A stretch of 62,981 nucleotides of DNA, counting the filler, from Rozella allomycis CSF55 (Eukaryota), in the NCBI GenBank assembly GCA_000442015.1. It is 5 parts of 5 records of this genome, joined end to end, with 100 filler letters (N's around TTAATTAATTAA, not from the genome) between each part and the next. Parts side by side here need not be neighbours in the genome. Positions count along the whole stretch, not along the records: positions 30,100 to 33,242 come from KE560976.1; positions 33,343 to 44,898 come from KE560978.1; positions 44,999 to 59,163 come from KE560979.1; 2 more parts are not named here. One strand, given 5' to 3'. The translations under genes and the position numbers were made by a program. The notes beneath the pieces were generated by a model that was not told the DNA's origin, did not search any database, and worked only from the letters and a program-made list of their open reading frames with translations. This document shows positions 32,771-46,240 of the stretch, in pieces (within the stretch, counting starts at the first letter, position 1; each line of letters starts with the position of its first letter).

Positions 32771-33342
32771 TAACCGCAAACCGGAAAAATCAAAACAAAA
32801 AATGTGTAAAGGAAATCGAAAGCTCGGAATAAAAAGTAATAAATAAAAATGTTATGTAATATGTAGACAGAATTTTATACACATAAAAACAATTCAGCAA
32901 TTAGTCAACGTCTACAAGAAAGTCTTTATTGAAGGAAATGAGTTCTTTTTGCTTAAAACAACCATACTTTTTTCATGTGATATATATCCACGAATGAATC
33001 CCTTTGTTAAGAATGGAAGGTATCATACATTATTTATCATGGTTGCAATTTTACATTCTATAGAATCTAAATCAGCAGCAGGTATGTTTAATTGTCGCAG
33101 AATGAAAACAATCGACTTTATTGGAAGGCGGTATTCCATATTCGTGCTTTTAGATATTACTATGTATCTATATCAATTATCAATTATGATTACATTTTCT
33201 TAAATAAATTTCGATACAGAATATCTTTCATTTGCATTTGAANNNNNNNNNNNNNNNNNNNNNNNNNNNNNNNNNNNNNNNNNNNNTTAATTAATTAANN
33301 NNNNNNNNNNNNNNNNNNNNNNNNNNNNNNNNNNNNNNNNNN

Positions 33343-33886
33343 TTAGTTTTTCTACTAGGCGGTAATAAAACTGGGGAACTTGGTTTTGGAAGATCCTGAC
33401 ACTTAATACTTTCATTAATTACCTGTGAAAATGCAGACAAGGTGTGTGCTGGGCGTGGAGGGAAATATGGTTTTTCCTTGGGTAAATTAGTTGGTATCGG
33501 GGGAATCGGTTTCTTCTCAATTTTTTTCTCTGGGATCTGACATAGATATGTTTCATTTTTCCGGTTTATTTCATGATAGAGTTTTAAAACATCGATAACA
33601 GCGTCTGGTCTATGAATTCTTTCCATTAGTGTGATCCCTGAATGATCTAGTAATGTTTTCCAATCTTCTGGCAGACCCTAAACGCATTATCATATACATT
33701 GTTAATTACCTCGAAGTCACCAGTGGAAGGATTAAAACCAACATGTACTTCATGCGTAAAATTTATAGGCCCTGAAATTTCAAGCTTTCTATTATCTGAA
33801 TTGCCTCCAAATATTTCTCCAGCTTTAATAAAAAATGATTTGAATACATTATGCCCATTCCCTTCATTTTTTCCGGTTACGTCCAT
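33343..33886 (-). CDS. N-terminus of a PAK/Ste20/Cla4-like protein (CRIB domain), truncated by the contig end
   Basis: ISGPINFTHEVHVGFNPSTGDFE|GLPEDW CRIB/PBD motif followed by a Pro-rich linker. Confidence 0.8.
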
Positions 33887-34016
33887 TCAATGGTGGCTAG
33901 GGTCGGAAGAATTCAAGGGGAAATAGATTAATCAAAATTGATAATATGGGCATCAAAAAAATGATACGAAAAACAAAGATAAGTGAATATTGACAGAGAA
34001 CAACATCTATACTTTA

Positions 34017-35402
34017 TTAATCACTTTTGACTTGTTTTGCCATGTTCTTCGTATGCGTCATGTATTTCTTTACACATTCGATGTAACCAGATGCCATGTT
34101 ATATTGTATCCCATGCTTAATGCACAATTCTTTAACAATAGGCTGAATATAACGAAGGTGACAATGATTCACAGTTGGAAACAGATGATGCTCTGCCTGC
34201 ATATTAAGACCACCGGAAAAAAGATAATGCAAATAACTTTGTTCCCCAAAGTTTTGGGCTGTAATAATTTGATGAACATACCAATCCTTACTCTTGTTAA
34301 TAGTGTCGGGACTTAAATGGTTGATTTGAGTATTCACCATGAAACAAAATGAAAAAATAAAGGAAGGAATAATAGTAAATGCTAGTTTCGTAATGAAATT
34401 TGCTTCTTGTAAAACATAAAAAGGCCACAATAGAACAACTACAGCTGTAAAGAATCTAGAAGCCAAATGAGCTAGAAGGCGCATTTTTGAAAAGGGAACA
34501 ACGGGAACTGCATCATTATAAGAGAGACAACCTTTAAAATAAGCTTCATATTCATTTGCTATACAAAGACCAAATGTTATCGACATTAGCCAATGTATAC
34601 CCAAGTTAAGCCAGTTTGCCTGAAATTCATGAGGATTCTTCCATTTCATTTCTGGGTGATCTCTTCTGAAATCTTTAGTGTGCGCGACATCTGGATCTCG
34701 ATGTGCAATATTTGGATACGAATGGTGACCAACGATGTGTTGGACAGCCCACGTAGATGGGGAGCTAAAGTATGGAAATAAGTAAGATACGCCAACATTA
34801 ATCCATGGCTTTGATGAAAATCCATAATGTGAAGCGTCGTGAAAGACATTTGCAATAAATAGCCATGTAAATATCGGAAAAGTAAATAATGATATAAATG
34901 ACGCTTGCAACAAGTAAATGAAAGATATCATAAACGGTACACATAATAAAAGTAACTCAAGCTTCTTCATGGGTGTTGCTTTAATCGCCTCCTTCATAGT
35001 CATCTTTCTTCGCTTTGCTTCATTAGCAAAATAGTTTCTGACAGAGGTTACCAACTCTTTCGCAAATTCAGACCCACCTTCAGGCCATTCAAATAAATCT
35101 TCTACTTTTTCAGCATTGTGTCCAAGTGTGTCTGAATCTATTTCTTCCAAGGTTTTCAAATTATTTATCATCTTTTGATCCGTGATCCTATATTGATTGA
35201 GTGTTGAACGCATAAGTGATTTTGATGAGAACTGATGTTGACTCTCGAAAAGAACGGTTCCATCTCTTCCAGCCACCAAAGATAGTGCTTTGGCTCCACC
35301 TGGATGCTTGTTCAAAAACGGTGTGAGATCATACCACACCCCGTGTATTCTTGTAATTAAGGTTCCGGGAGAATGCACATTACGTAAATTTGTTGTTGAC
35401 AT
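34017..35402 (-). CDS. Cytochrome b5-fused front-end (delta-5/6-type) fatty acid desaturase, intronless
   Basis: HPGG heme motif; His boxes HDASH, HIVGHH and QAEHH. Confidence 0.93.
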   Translation of the reverse strand: MSTTNLRNVHSPGTLITRIHGVWYDLTPFLNKHPGGAKALSLVAGRDGTVLFESQHQFSSKSLMRSTLNQYRITDQKMINNLKTLEEIDSDTLGHNAEKVEDLFEWPEGGSEFAKELVTSVRNYFANEAKRRKMTMKEAIKATPMKKLELLLLCVPFMISFIYLLQASFISLFTFPIFTWLFIANVFHDASHYGFSSKPWINVGVSYLFPYFSSPSTWAVQHIVGHHSYPNIAHRDPDVAHTKDFRRDHPEMKWKNPHEFQANWLNLGIHWLMSITFGLCIANEYEAYFKGCLSYNDAVPVVPFSKMRLLAHLASRFFTAVVVLLWPFYVLQEANFITKLAFTIIPSFIFSFCFMVNTQINHLSPDTINKSKDWYVHQIITAQNFGEQSYLHYLFSGGLNMQAEHHLFPTVNHCHLRYIQPIVKELCIKHGIQYNMASGYIECVKKYMTHTKNMAKQVKSD

Positions 35403-35680
35403 GATTTTCGCTTATCAACAGTATTTTGCCAGGGTGCCATATCCATGATTAGAAATATTAGAAATAGAATGTGATATATATTGAAGTTGAAAACACACTG
35501 TTTGTCATTTTTAATAGTTTTAATAGTTGTAATAGTCTTACATTTAAACTAACAAAGAAACTGAACTTGAAGATGTATAAACATGTACGATGTATGCTAT
35601 ATTTAGTATATTATTAAACTTGACACACATAAGATAAGCATTGTGACTATTTGAATATTCTTTTCTACGAAATTTCTCTA

Positions 35681-38016
35681 ATGAAGAGAACGACTTATGA
35701 GCAGCCAAAACCAATAAAAAATAGTTATGTTTCTATAGGAAAAGCATTTGAGGAAGATGAAGAAGGGAAAGATCCAAACAAATTCGTTCCTTTATGGAAA
35801 CAAACAGTAAAGACAGACTTGGTTTATAATTGAATAGGCCACCGATGAGAAAGGGAGGAGAAGGTTTCACGGAGCGTTTACTGGAGGATTTTCTGCAGGA
35901 TATTATAATACTGTTGGTTCAAAAGAGGGTAACTATTTATTTGCAACGAAATAATAGGTTTTACTCCGTCCACTTTTGTGTCATCAAGAAAAAATCGAGC
36001 AGAGAAGAAGGATAGAAATAGAGAAGACTTTATGGATGAACAAGATTTGATGGAATTTACTGGTGGAAATCAATTGAAGGCTACCGAAACTTTCGAAAAT
36101 CATTTACAATCAAGGAAAAGAAGAGGGGAAATGTTATCCGGTGCAGGAGTTTTAATGGCTGGAAGAGCTATTGATGATATTATAATCCCAAAGGAAGAAA
36201 ATATTGGGCAAAAATTGTTAAGAAAAATGGGGTGGAAGGGAGACAAAGAAATTGGCCCAGTTACTCAATTATTGAAAGAGGAGGAGAAAATAAAACGCGA
36301 ACAATCATTAAAACTTCCAGGGTTAGAATTACAAGACGAGAATGCTTCTGAATTGAAGAGTAGAAAGACTGAAAATTTTAAAATTGGACTTAGCGTTCTG
36401 GAAGAAGAAGAAATGGAAGATGAAGATATTTATGGTGAAGATGACATGTCGAAATACGACATTTCTCTATTAACTGAGGAAGACTTGGAGAAAAAAGTTA
36501 AAATGAAATCAGAATTTCTAAACAAAAACAAGAAAAATATACAATTTGAAACGTCTGACAGATTTAAACCAAACAAGGAAGCGAAAGGCTCCGATGGGAA
36601 AATCCCACTTCCTGGGTTTATTTTATCAAATCTAATTGATCTAGATGACATGACGTAAAATTATTTGTTTTCTTTTAGGTAGCTTTACTAGGCCAGTCAT
36701 TCCGGATTCATGGGTCCCTAAAAAAGAAAGAGAAAATTCCAATATCAAAAATAGTCAAAAAAGATTAGATCCGACTGAAGTAAATATTATGCTAATGAAT
36801 GTTGTAGAGAGGAAAGCTTTTAGGGGAAGAGGAATTGCCAGGTGATCAAAGAATGGATCCAACAATCGCTGAAAAGGCGTATGAACAAAGCCATCAATTA
36901 GATCCCGATAGACATAAATTAGATCCGAAAATGGCCGCTGCTGCGTTACAAGGTTTCATTCCATTTGGAAAAGAACCAGAAAAGCAAAAAAGGTACAAAC
37001 AATTTCTTTATTTAAGCGCCCAACTTTCAAAAGATCCAATAGACTTCCCTTTGGATTACACTGAAGGTGATAAAGAACACGAAAAGAATGAATTTTTCAA
37101 AGCCGCTTCAATTTTTAGACCTTTAATGTCTTCCATGGCTCAACGGTTTGTAACCGCTTCTGATGTCGACACAAAGTCTGATAAACCAAAACCTGGATTG
37201 CAATTCGTTTCTGAAAATTCTCAAAAGAAGGAGGAAGTTAAAAAAGACGAATTCCTACCCGATGTAATATAAAGCTATAAATTTAATAAGGATTTTGTTC
37301 AAAAAACTATAAGAGAACACGTGTTAGCAAAAAAATTTGGAAAATTAACAAGAAACGAATATCGATTCATTCCAAATAATATTTTATGCAAGAGAATGAA
37401 CATTGCAGGCCCAAGTGATGACAATTCAAGACCATTATATTCAAACACCTCCATAAATACTGTTAATCTTTTATCTCCAGGGAATATGTTACAGCTAATG
37501 GCTGATCACGACCAAGCAAGAAGATTTTATCAATCTGCATATCAAATTAACGAAGAAGCAAATCCTGCAGTAGATGATGAAAATAACTCAGACGCTTCCA
37601 TTGACGATTCTAATGTCAATAATTCTCTACCAGAAGAAAATACGACTAAGCCTTCCATTGATGTCTTCAAATCTATTTTCGAGGAAGACTACGAATCCAA
37701 TGATGACGATGACGAATTAGATTTCGTTAAATCCACACAAAGTTTTCCGTTAAAACCAACTGATTCATTTTTACAAAACATATTCAATGACCAAGAAATG
37801 AAATCTGTGCAAGTCAAAAGCAACAATGATATTGATAACAACAATTCACGTCATCCAGTGAGGGAGAGGGCGCCAAGTCCCAAAAAGTCCAAGAAGCGAA
37901 ACTATCGAACCAAAGAAAAGTGTATTTTAGAAGATGGAGACGACGGTTTGCTGTTTGATGTTTCAGATTATGTGAAAAAATCAAAACGCCCCACTGCTTC
38001 AAACTATTTTGAATAA
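35681..38016 (+). CDS. GPATCH1: G-patch domain protein 1 (DUF1604 + G-patch), multi-exon
   Basis: [69 protein letters not shown]. Confidence 0.9.
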
Positions 38017-38141
38017 AATACCTTCTTATCTCGCTAGATTTGCCTGATCTTTTTTTTATTTGAAATAACAGATTGCGAGTTCAATAATATGACTTTTTTC
38101 ATAAATATTTTTCTGTTATTTATTGCATTTCGAGAAACTGA

Positions 38142-39423
<1,282 letters not shown>

Positions 39424-39448
39424 ATAAATATTTTTATACAAATCCAAT

Positions 39449-40168
39449 TTATTGAACCCAACAACATGAACTGTTTGTCTTCTTGGCGACTTTGTAGAAT
39501 TGCTTTGATTGACTACTTAATTGCTCGCTTTGTGCGACCAAATGGTCCAATTTTTCGCCCCTTTCTAAAACAGATTCAATTGTTTTATGCTGTGGTTTAC
39601 CTTATAAAATGATTACCAGGATAACTTTCGTTTCATCCAGTTCTTTTTGGACCTTTAGAATGCTATCAGCGTTTTCTGGTCTTTGATACTTTGCAATGTA
39701 CTCTTTCAATTCGGGAAAGGAAGTCTCAATTTTTTGGCCAAACTTTGTTATGTAATCATCCAAAATCTTATTGATTAGAGAAAATGCCACTCTTGCGGGG
39801 TATTCGGTATCGCAAATAATTACGCATGACAAAGGGCTTGAAGGATGTGAGTAAACATGCCCTATATTCCCTTTAATTACATATTTTTCAGGGTACCTTC
39901 TTCTTGCACACTTTGTCTAACAGCCGGTTGGGTCCTTTCAGATAGAGTACATGAAAAGAACTTTAGGAATTCTTGTACACTTTACAGGTATTTTACGTAA
40001 AACTAGTTACCTTTGATGAAAGCCAAAGATGTAAATACCTAAAATTGACATTTATGAATAATACCTTGATCTTTGAAAAAAAGAAAAAGAAGATAAATCA
40101 TACTCTCCGCAGACTAACTTGTTAGGAACTGCAGTCTTGTCTATAATGCTTATGGCGAGGATCTTCAT
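39449..40168 (-). CDS. YKT6: Longin R-SNARE Ykt6
   Basis: [44 protein letters not shown] and C-terminal CCWVQ prenylation motif. Confidence 0.95.
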
Positions 40169-40189
40169 TTTCCAAATTTCCGAGTCAAC

Positions 40190-41736
40190 ATGCTTGGCAT
40201 CAAACGTCAGCAGGTTCAAATCGATCAAGATAGAAATATACACTCTAAACTTTCATTTTATAGAACGCCCCCTTTAAAGGAAATCTCATTAGACGAGTTT
40301 GAAGATCTTGCCTTCACTAGAATTCACTGTAATAAGGTTTCTATTCACTAGAAAAGTGCTGAGACATGTTGAATCAGCTGTTATTAGGTCTCTAAGGGAT
40401 GAAGAGCTGAAACAGTTTATTTCAAAGGTCGAGGAAAAGACTCTACCGTTGCAAACAGTTCAGCGGGGAATAGACATCAACTATGAATCTCAGCGAGAAA
40501 AAGATAATATTTCACATTATATTTTGAGACTTGCATTTTGTAGAACGTATCTAATTTGGGGATTTGAAATTTTAGTGATGACTTGCGAAAATGGTTCGTT
40601 ACTCAAGAAACTGTGCTATTCAGATACAGATATCTAAAGTCAAATAAAGAAGAAAGAGAAGCTTTAATAAAAGATCTTAAGTTATCTTATCCAGTAATGA
40701 CGGAAGAAGAAAAGAAATCCTATTTTGATTTCCTAAAAATAGCTACACCACAAATGAATGCTATTGAAGCAGAAACGGAAATCTTTTATAAAGTACGCTT
40801 TATATATTTTTAATATTAGGTTCCTTTTGAAGAAGCTAGCGAGCTTGTTCAAAAGCGAATTGTCTATATTCGCCACGGTGTTGCGTTTGTTCCACAAAGA
40901 GAAATTTTATCTATTATTCTTTACCAGTTTAAGCTATCTTTGGAATCAGATCTTCAGGTTACATTTGCTCTTATTTTTCAATAGATGTGTTCAAAAATGC
41001 TACCGAAAATTGAGGACGATGATAGAGTTTCATCCATAATAAGAAACCTGATGAACCATTCGATTGAAACGACAGATACTGCTGTGTCTGTTTCTGGTTC
41101 CCTTTCGTCCGGGGAAGTCGACAAGGCATCAGCTCATTTTCCTTTATGTATGGCTCATTTGCATAAGAAATTGAGGGAAGAATCACATTTGAAGCATGGA
41201 GGACGCATGCAATATGGATTGTTCTTAAAGGTAATATTGAATTGAAATTTTTTAGAGTCCATTGGTCTTTCGTTGGAAGAAGCCCTTGTGTTTTGGCGCC
41301 AAGCTTTTAGCAGGAAAATTACGGACGATGGCTTTCAAAAGAACTACGCTTATAATATTCGTCATAATTATGGACAAGAAGGTATTTCTATACTTGCTCA
41401 AATATAGGTAAAAGAGTCAGCTATCCTGGCTATAATTGTCTCAAGATAATTACATCTAACTCGCCATCTGCTGGTGATCATCATGGATGTCCATTTAAAC
41501 ATTTTGGGGCTGATTCGTTAAGAGAAAATTTATCTCGATACCGCCTTCCGAATTCTCTCTCGCCTCTTTTAAATCCTGTACAAGTTGAAGAATTAATGGG
41601 ATTGGCGCAGAAAAATCATTTTCAAATTGCTTGTACAAGGCTTTTAGAATACAGTAGAAATGAAGATAATTTGGAGACAGTCATAAACCCTGCACAATTC
41701 TATGAACTATCAAAAACATCAACTCTTAAAAAATAA
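40190..41736 (+). CDS. PRI2: DNA primase large subunit, multi-exon
   Basis: FYRTPPLKEISLDEFE, KDNISHYILRLAFC, FPLCM..LH, HLKHGGRMQYGLFLK, YNIRHNYG, HGCPFKH. Confidence 0.95.
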
Positions 41737-41804
41737 AAATTNTATCAAAAAAATCAACTCTTAAAAAATAAAAATTTGTTTTTAATTTTAATGGGGTAAT
41801 TTTT

Positions 41805-42789
41805 TTATTTTTTCGACAAGACTCTCAAAATTTCTAAAATTTCTCGTTCCTTTTGGGGATCCTTGTTTTGATCTTCGTGAAAGTATTCTTTAAAAATTGA
41901 CTTGAACAAAATTTCACAATAATCACGAATGATTTTTTCAAACTGCTCATAACATTTCATATCGTATGAGAATTTATCAACCTATTTCACTTGAAAAGCA
42001 AATTTACCAAGGCCGCTATGAAATCCGGATTGGAAATATCCGATAATATCTTTTTCGCCTCCTGGGACTCTTCAGAATTTAATTTAAAGTTAAATTCTTG
42101 TTCTTCAAAATTTCTAGCAACCATGGACAATCTTTTTTCTACTCTGGTGACCATGTGTTCCCATTGATCTTTTTCTTTCATTAATCTATTCTGGACCTTT
42201 TCATACAATTCCACCGTTTTAGTTGTAGTCATATTAACTGGATTTGGTTGAACTATCACTGAGGATTGAACGGCCTGAAAAATTAGCATAAAAAACATAT
42301 TACAGGTCTTTCCAACCAATTACATGAAATTTCGCCTTCAATTATTGCCTTGATTGTCTTTTCTTTATGTTTGCTTCGCGTGGAGTCTTTCTCTGAAGCA
42401 CACTGGGCCGCCCATATCAATAGCTGTTTCATTCTAAGTGGATCTGACAATTCTGTTGATATGTGATGGCAATACTCCGAGGACGACACAGAAGAATGAG
42501 GTGGAACTATTATAAAACCTTTGTCAATTTACCTGTCGATGCTGACGCAAACGATAAAGATTGCCTTCGCCCTCTCAATGCTATTGTACTGCGCCTTTTA
42601 GACGATTTAATAATAGGCATATATCTTTTTTCTTGTTCTGGTTCCTTCTTTAGAGGTACAACAATCTCTGTAGTCGCAGACGCTCCATTATTCGACACAA
42701 ATTTAAAGCCGAAATCTTTTTTAAAATCAATTTCACAATTCTAAATTAGATTAAATCGTATTCCTTGCCTTTCTCTTCGGTGGAGGCAT
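41805..42789 (-). CDS. DSN1: Mis12-complex kinetochore subunit Dsn1/Mis13-like
   Basis: RRST..RGRRQS basic Aurora-site region, HISTELSDPLRMKQLLIW, ISCNW, PNPVN. Confidence 0.7.
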
Positions 42790-42831
42790 TCTAGAAAGTG
42801 GCGCGAAATATTTCGAAATTTCAGATTAAAA

Positions 42832-44898
42832 ATGGAGCCTTTGTGTGAAGAAACTCATCTTAATGAATCTGTAGCATTCCAGCAAACAGATGCTGGCATT
42901 TCTAAAATGATACATAACAAAATGAGCAAAGTGTTAAGTAATATTACTTGCTTTTGTTAAATAGTCATCTACACAGGCGGTACTATCGGAATGAAATACA
43001 ATGAAAAAAGAGGTTATATACCAGTTCCAAATTATATGTACGACAAACTAGCATCTATGTCTCAATTTCACGACGTTTCTTTTGTGCCTCCTATGAAAGA
43101 AACTCAGCTTTCGGCACTTTCTAGTCCAAACCCTGCAAAAAACAAGTCAGTGTCATTTAAATTGCCGAACAAGCCTACTGTGAATAAGAATAAATTTTTG
43201 GTCACTCCTCCGTCAATTCATCAAAAGAGGGTCATGTACAGCATCTTAGAATATTCACCATTGTTAGATTCGTGTGACATGTCTATGGATGAGTGGATAC
43301 GTATAGCTACGGATATTGAACTAAACTATCACTCTTACGATGCATTCATTGTGTTACATGGAACAGATACGATGGCATACACTGCAAGTGCCTTGTCATT
43401 CCTCCTTGAGGATCTCGGCAAAACAGTTATTGTCACAGGTGCGCAGGTAAGTCTAATTACATCGTTTAAAAGGTTCCTATTGGTGAAGTTCGAACTGATG
43501 CTACAAATAATATACTGGGGGCTTTAATGGTTGCAGGGCATTATCAAATTCCAGAAGTGGGGCTATTTTTCAATAATAAATTGTATCGAGGAAATCGAAG
43601 TGTAAAAGCGAACGCTATGGATTTTGATGCTTTCGAGAGTCCAAATCAAAAGCCCTTAGTAAAGATGGGAATTAATATAAGTAAGAATTGTTTTAAAAGA
43701 ATATAAGATGTAAATTGGGGTCTTGTTTTAAGGCCAGACAACATATCTCAAATGAGGGCTCAAAAAACAATGAACTCCAACGTAGGGTCCTTAAGAATAT
43801 TTCCTAGTATTTCTGAAACAACAATCAGGTCATTTCTCGCACCACCAATGCAAGGTGTTGTTCTTCAAACATTCGGTGTTGGAAATGCACCAACTAGACC
43901 AGATCTTCTATCAGCTTTAAAAGAAGCCTCAGACCGAGGGGTTGTTATTGTTAACGTTAGTCAATGTCGCAAAGGAAATGTTTCTGATGTTTATGCCACC
44001 GGAAGAGCCTTAACCGAAGTCGGCGTAATTCCAGGTAGTGATATGACATTGGAGTGTGCGTTGACCAAACTGAGTTATCTTTTAGGAAAAGGATATCCGC
44101 CTGATGAAGTCCGTCGTTTAATGAAAAAAAGTTTACGGGGAGAAATGACATCTAGCGTCGATAAAAATTTGTTTTCATTCTCGAATTCAGAATTTTTAAA
44201 AAATATTTTCTCGGCTGTGAAAGCTGAAAACAGCCAAGAAAAAGATTTCGTACAACAATCAATTTTCCCCGTCCTTCATATTTCTGCTGCTTCCAAAGGC
44301 TGCAAAGGAATTCTCGAAAAACTTTTGAATGAAACAAATTGCGCCTACATTAATTGTTACGATAGTAATGCTAAAACAATGCTTCATGTCGCCTCTGCAA
44401 AAGGACATTACGAGCTAGTTGAATATTTGATTATGGCAGGGGCTAATGTTCATTTGAAAGACTCTGGAAACAAGAACAGTGTAAGTATTTAATGTAGATT
44501 TTCTAGTTAATAACTGCAATCATGAATAATCAAATAGAAATTGCAACCCTTTTAATAAAAGCGGGTGCGCGCATAACCGTTGACGATAATTCGATACAGC
44601 TTTTCTTTAGGGCAATTGAGGCTGGAAATGACCGTTTAATAAAAGTTTGGTTAGATTCAGGCATAGATATAAATTTTCAAAATATTGAAGGCAAAACAGC
44701 TCTACACAAGGCAGTCTTTAGCGGGGACATTGCAATTGTTCAGCTCTTACTAAACGAATGCAAAGATCGGATTCAAAAAAATTTGAAAGATAGATGGAAT
44801 AGACGACCGGTGGACGTAATAGATAGTTTATTGAAGTATAGGATGCCGCCTTTTTTGGATACTTTGACATTGTTAATTTATTATTCGAAGATCAAGAA
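42832..44898 (+). CDS. ASPG: L-asparaginase / 60-kDa lysophospholipase with C-terminal ankyrin repeats; 3' end at the contig edge is uncertain
   Basis: IYTGGTIGM, LLDSCDM, VLHGTDTMAY, TFGVGNAP, ankyrin repeats KTMLHVASAKGH and GKTALHKAV. Confidence 0.92.
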
Positions 44899-44998
44899 NN
44901 NNNNNNNNNNNNNNNNNNNNNNNNNNNNNNNNNNNNNNNNNNTTAATTAATTAANNNNNNNNNNNNNNNNNNNNNNNNNNNNNNNNNNNNNNNNNNNN

Positions 44999-45557
44999 GC
45001 TTTTCATTTGCTATTTTAAATTTAATGAATAGTCCATAGCCACACTGAAATATTATGCGATTATTGCAAATCCTGTTAAAAGAAGGATGGCAGAAAGAGC
45101 TTGTGTCGTGTTTAACTTGACGGCATTGGCTATATTGCAGGTATGGGTTATATACGATATTGTCTCTCAAAAGACGCTGCCACCAAAATACTCTTATTGG
45201 AATGTAATGCTTCTTTTGGTTCAAACTCTACAAGTGTTTTGCATGGGCCCCGTCTTCTTTGTCTTGAAACTACGCAACCAGATAAAACAATTTGACAATA
45301 AAAAGCAGAGTATCAAGGATTTGCTGGATGTTGTTAATGGCATGAATATTGGATTCTTTGTTTTCGGGGCATATGGAATTTGGTCGTCGGTAAATTATAA
45401 CGGGACGATCTTCTTGGCGCCCAATGTGGTTATGACTCTTAATTTGATGGTAGTGGTTGAAAATATTGGTGACTTTATGCTGAAATACAATGCTAACAGG
45501 TCAAAGTTTCAAACCAAAAAGACTGAGAAGAGTACATTGCAAAGCACGGTGAAATAA
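44999..45557 (+). CDS. 3' part of an orphan multi-pass membrane protein (paralog 1)
   Basis: Several hydrophobic helices; strong similarity to 46610-47134. Confidence 0.65.
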
Positions 45558-45699
45558 AGAAACAATGATTAGCCATTATTATTTATTAATTATTTCTCAC
45601 TATTTTTAGTAGCACACTATCTGTTGGCAAAGAAACCGATTTCTGGTACAATATCAAATTTGATTTTCAGAATCACATTTTTATTTTTTTTATATTTTA

Positions 45700-45990
45700 A
45701 ATGTATACCATTAATTTAATAATCGTATTTATAAAGGATGAGTCAAAATCACCAAGGAGTCGAACCTTGCCTCAACCTGAAACCCACAGAAAATTCGGAA
45801 ACATGGTTGGGGATCGAACCATAATTTTTTTTAAATATATACAATTAAGTCAATAATCGTATTTATTAAGGATGAGGGATCCACATCGTCAAAGTCACCA
45901 AGGAGTCGAACCCTGCCTCACCCTAAAACCCCGGAAAATTCGGATACATGGATGGGGTTCGAACCATGCACCTAGACGTCCAAAAGTGCC
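45700..45990 (-). repeat. Two tandem ~140-bp copies of a tRNA-like repeat, each with two GGTTCGA B-box-like motifs
   Basis: + strand AATAATCGTATTTAT-AAGGATGAG...TCACCAAGGAGTCGAACC...GAAAATTCGGA.ACATGG.TGGGG.TCGAACCAT occurs twice. Confidence 0.7.
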
Positions 45991-46240
45991 TTAGTTTGCC
46001 CGGACAGTCATTAATTCTGTACGGAGAATTGAGAAATTACTTTTTTCTCGGACTTTTTCAAAGGTCCAAAAAATTGAAAGGAAGCCCAGCCGACACTTAA
46101 AATCTGAGGTTCCAGACATTTGAGTCATATTTCAGCTGCCATTGAATAAGTCCTCTAAAATGAATCAAATATTGAAAGCTCAAAAAGAATCAAAAGTCTA
46201 AGCCTGTTTTGATCAAACTCTACTAACAATTTGAAAGAAA

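Noticed and set aside
41705-41780. Direct repeats flanking single Ns (also near 27040, 27486, 27728, 62637)
   Set aside because: Typical unmerged contig-end overlaps rather than true tandem repeats
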